Origin: Phycisphaeraceae bacterium
GTDB taxonomy: Bacteria; Planctomycetota; Phycisphaerae; Phycisphaerales; Zrk34
Direction: 5' to 3'
Length of the DNA stretch: 41,261 bases
Assembly: GCA_040905565.1 (NCBI GenBank)
Contig: JBBDRF010000037.1
Coordinates: forward strand, 1 to 41,261
In this document: positions 38,623 to 41,261 of the stretch, piece after piece
Layout: each line of letters starts with the position of its first letter
Position numbering within the stretch: the first letter of the stretch is position 1
The notes under the pieces: generated by a model
Told to the model about the DNA's origin: nothing
Databases searched by the model: none
Seen by the model: the letters and a program-made list of their open reading frames with translations, nothing else
Position numbers and translations under genes: made by a program

Positions 38623-39654
38623 TCAAGCCTCGACCTGGTCGGCGGTGGTGGCGGCGAGCGTCTGGACAATCGCGTCATTCACGCCGAGATTCACGTACTT
38701 GATGGCATTGCCGACGGCGGATTTGATCGTCCGCGCTTCGCTGGAGCCGTGACAGATCAGGCACGTGCCGTTGGCGCCCAGCAGCGGTGCGCCGCCGTAT
38801 TCGTGGTAATCGTGCTTGCGGTAAATCGTTTTCACCACAGGCTCAAACTTCATCGCCAACTCCGCGTCCTGCTCAAAGATCTCGTGGGCAATGGTTTTGA
38901 ACAGCCCCGCCGCGAGCCCCTCCGCCAGTTTCAGCACGACGTTGCCGGTGAACCCTTCGGTGACGCAGACATCGCAGCGATTGTCGAAAAGGTCGCGGCC
39001 TTCGATCTGCCCCACGTAATTGAGTTGATCGTCGTTACGAAGCATTTTCCCCGCTTCGCGGATGATGCCCGTTCCCTTGCCCTCTTCCGCGCCGACCGAG
39101 AGCAGCGCGACGCGAGGATTGTCGATGCCATGCACCATCTTCGCGTAGAGCGCTGCCATGTGGCCGTACTGAAAAAGGTGCGGCGGCTTGGGCACAATGT
39201 TCGCACCGACATCGCACAACACGATCGGCCCGTGGAACGTGGGAATCGTCACCGCGATGCCCGGCCGATGCACGCCCGGCAAACGACGCATGGCCATCTG
39301 CGCAGCAGCAACGCAAGCGCCGGTATTACCTGCGGAAATGATCACATCCGCGTGACGCTCCGCAGGAGCCTTACGGCTGCCCAGGTACGCCCAACGTGAG
39401 ATGGAACTATCGGTTTTGGTGCGAAGGGCGGCAGTCGGCGGCTCGTTCATGGCGATCACTTGCGTGGTCGCTTCAATCTGAAGCCTCGGCTCACCGGCCA
39501 CGCCGTGCTCGGTGAGCGATTCCTCGATCACCTTCCGGTCGCCGACGAGCACAAGTGCATCGTTATCGCCGAGCAGCGGCAGCGAAGCCACGGCACCGTC
39601 GATCATGGCGTCCGGCGCGTGATCTCCGCCCATCACATCGATGGCGATGCGCAT
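38623..39654 (-). CDS. plsX: phosphate acyltransferase PlsX
   Basis: IAIDVMGGDHAP, SAGNTGA, RPGIA, DVGAN, EEGKG, GFTGNVVLK, GGAPLLG, HGSS. Confidence 0.97.
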   Translation of the reverse strand: MRIAIDVMGGDHAPDAMIDGAVASLPLLGDNDALVLVGDRKVIEESLTEHGVAGEPRLQIEATTQVIAMNEPPTAALRTKTDSSISRWAYLGSRKAPAERHADVIISAGNTGACVAAAQMAMRRLPGVHRPGIAVTIPTFHGPIVLCDVGANIVPKPPHLFQYGHMAALYAKMVHGIDNPRVALLSVGAEEGKGTGIIREAGKMLRNDDQLNYVGQIEGRDLFDNRCDVCVTEGFTGNVVLKLAEGLAAGLFKTIAHEIFEQDAELAMKFEPVVKTIYRKHDYHEYGGAPLLGANGTCLICHGSSEARTIKSAVGNAIKYVNLGVNDAIVQTLAATTADQVEA

Positions 39655-39657
39655 CGA

Positions 39658-39840
39658 TTACTCTTCCTCAGTAGTCTTCAGCGTCAGGCCCGGTCGCACG
39701 TACCCGCAGGTCGCACAAGCGGCGTGGGGCAGTTTGCCGCTGCCGCAGTTCGGGCACGTCACCGACACCGTCGGACGCAGCGCATGATGGCTGCGACGCT
39801 GACGCTTGCGGGTACGGGATATTCTGTGTGTAGGATGCAT
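39658..39840 (-). CDS. rpmF: 50S ribosomal protein L32 (Zn-ribbon form)
   Basis: MHPTHRISRTRKRQRRSH, CPNC..PHAACATCGY; directly upstream of plsX. Confidence 0.95.
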   Translation of the reverse strand: MHPTHRISRTRKRQRRSHHALRPTVSVTCPNCGSGKLPHAACATCGYVRPGLTLKTTEEE

Positions 39841-39945
39841 GATGAACCTCGATGATTTCTTTCTGGCCTCGCGCCAGGGGCAGCTGATGAAACGAAAGCC
39901 TCGGCGCACGCAAACAGCCCAACCGACCGTGCGTGGCGAGCGTCA

Positions 39946-39972
39946 ATTATAGCCGCCCCTTCCAGATGTCAA
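39946..39972 (-). promoter_or_regulatory. putative promoter of the rpmF-plsX-fab operon
   Basis: consensus TTGACA and TATAAT on the minus strand, but only a 15-nt spacer. Confidence 0.5.
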
Positions 39973-40100
39973 CAGCGGCCCATGCCGCATCATCTGTTAG
40001 ACAGCTTCACAGCCTACCAGCAATCTCACAAAACCACCAGCAGCCCGGCGTGCTTTTTGCTGTTTGTTGATTTCTGATGCTTGATGGGGGGCGTTGCTGT

Positions 40101-40153
40101 GTGCGACTGGTGGCTTACCGCCGGGGCACTGGTGGACACGCCACCAGTGGCAC
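40101..40153. repeat. REP doublet, family C
   Basis: GTGCGACTGGTGGC...(degenerate arm) facing CACTGGTGGACACGCCACCAGTGGCAC (intact palindromic arm), just after the deiminase stop. Confidence 0.7.
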
Positions 40154-40157
40154 GCGC

Positions 40158-41186
40158 CTATGCAAGCCGCGGTTGCTGTTGACTCAAACAATGCAGCGCC
40201 CCCAGGCCGACGACCAGATGCTCGGCCCGGATGGGGACAATCGTGCGATCAGGCATGGCGTCGTTGATGACCCTAAGGGCTGCGTCGTCCGTCGTTTGCC
40301 CGAAGACGGGGACGAGGACGGCTTCGTTGGCGATCAGAAAATTCGCGTAGCTGGCGGGGACGGGATGTCGGCCGCCGGGGCCGAAACGGTCGGCGGGGAA
40401 GTCGTACAAAATCGGCTCCGGCACGGGCAACGGGATCACCGTCAACGGCTGGCCGTCCTGATCCGTCGCCTCCCGCAGGGCCTCGTGATTGGCGTTCAGC
40501 ACCTCGGCATCGGGATGGCCGGGCGGCGCATGGCAGGCGACGACGGTGGTGGGATTGACGAACCGGGCGATGTCGTCGACGTGGCCATCCGTATCGTCGC
40601 CGATGATGCCGCCGGGCAGCCAGATGATGTGCGACACGCCCAGCGTCTCACCGAGGATGCGTTCCAGATCGCCGCGCGTCATCCCAGGATTGCGATTGGG
40701 ATTCAGCAGGCACTGCTCGGTCGTCAACAGCGCGCCTCGGCCGTTCGGTTCGATCGACCCGCCCTCGAGCACAATGTCGTGATGCTGGACGGGGATGTTC
40801 AACAGCCGGGCGATTTGCGTCGGCACGCGGTTGTCGTCGGCGTAAGCGCCGGTGTCGCCGCCGTACTTGTTGCCCCAGCCGTTGAAGGTGAAATCGTGGC
40901 ACGCCAGCTTGCCCCCGCCATCGATCACGAAGATGGGGCCGTAGTCGCGGATCCACGAATCGTTGGTCACGATGCCGTGGTCGGCGGTGAGTTCCACCGG
41001 CACGAAACGCCGAAGCTGCGCGACAAAAGCGTCGTACTGCTCGCAGGCCTTGGGAAAGCACCCGGGCCACGTCTCGCGATTGTGCGGATACGTCAGCCAG
41101 ACCGCATCAAGCGGCCCGAACTCGGGGGGGATGCGATGTGTGATGTTCGATGTTTGATGTGTGATGTGTCGGGGATTGTCGGGCAT
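40158..41186 (-). CDS. aguA: agmatine deiminase (porphyromonas-type PAD family)
   Basis: WIRDYGP, FNGWGNKY, LEGGSIE, DTDGHVDD.ARF, ASYANF, GALHCLSQQQP; GGAG SD. Confidence 0.9.
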   Translation of the reverse strand: MPDNPRHITHQTSNITHRIPPEFGPLDAVWLTYPHNRETWPGCFPKACEQYDAFVAQLRRFVPVELTADHGIVTNDSWIRDYGPIFVIDGGGKLACHDFTFNGWGNKYGGDTGAYADDNRVPTQIARLLNIPVQHHDIVLEGGSIEPNGRGALLTTEQCLLNPNRNPGMTRGDLERILGETLGVSHIIWLPGGIIGDDTDGHVDDIARFVNPTTVVACHAPPGHPDAEVLNANHEALREATDQDGQPLTVIPLPVPEPILYDFPADRFGPGGRHPVPASYANFLIANEAVLVPVFGQTTDDAALRVINDAMPDRTIVPIRAEHLVVGLGALHCLSQQQPRLA

Positions 41187-41241
41187 TCAACGCTGCTCCA
41201 TGTGCTGCCACTTCATACATCGCACCTCATACATCATACAT
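41134..41241. repeat. two inverted heptamer tandem arrays
   Basis: 5 x YGATGTK at 41134-41168 and 4 x CATACAT-like units at 41214-41241. Confidence 0.8.
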
Positions 41242-41261
41242 GAACAAAGGGGCGTCGCTCT

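Noticed and set aside
33927..39654. fab cluster as a secondary-metabolite type II PKS
   Set aside because: canonical rpmF-plsX-fabH-fabD-fabG-acpP-fabF order with no chain-length factor or tailoring genes
1..41261. tRNA, rRNA, integrase or prophage genes
   Set aside because: no cloverleaf or rRNA-like segments in the intergenic gaps, and no integrase or phage structural motifs among the ORFs

Overview
GC-rich bacterial chromosomal window, most likely from a planctomycete (Phycisphaerae-like). This assignment is inferred from the prepilin/DUF1559-type gene, PEP-CTERM protein, PVC-type membrane-bound dehydrogenase, FGE-domain and ThuA proteins, and many proteins look acidic. Housekeeping genes are rpsD, pyrH-frr, trpA, cimA, rpmF-plsX-fabH-fabD-fabG-acpP-fabF and an agmatine deiminase. 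Accessory content: (1) a RAYT transposase flanked by its 39-bp REPs, with three REP-like families scattered in intergenic regions; (2) a two-gene operon of an L-amino-acid-ligase-type ATP-grasp enzyme and a 663-aa protein whose C-terminus carries a complete papain/calpain-like Gln-Cys-His-Asn catalytic set, which is the best candidate for an undescribed system; (3) a mannosylfructose/sucrose-type phosphatase-synthase-GH100 cluster; (4) a secreted redox cluster; (5) an orphan Mrr-like nuclease translationally coupled to a two-domain PTPS. Not in the ORF track: a complete Ile-sensing leader-peptide attenuator upstream of cimA, several probable leaderless genes, and inverted heptamer arrays enclosing the agmatine deiminase start. 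No rRNA, tRNA or CRISPR array was seen. All calls come from motif reading by eye, with no database searches.
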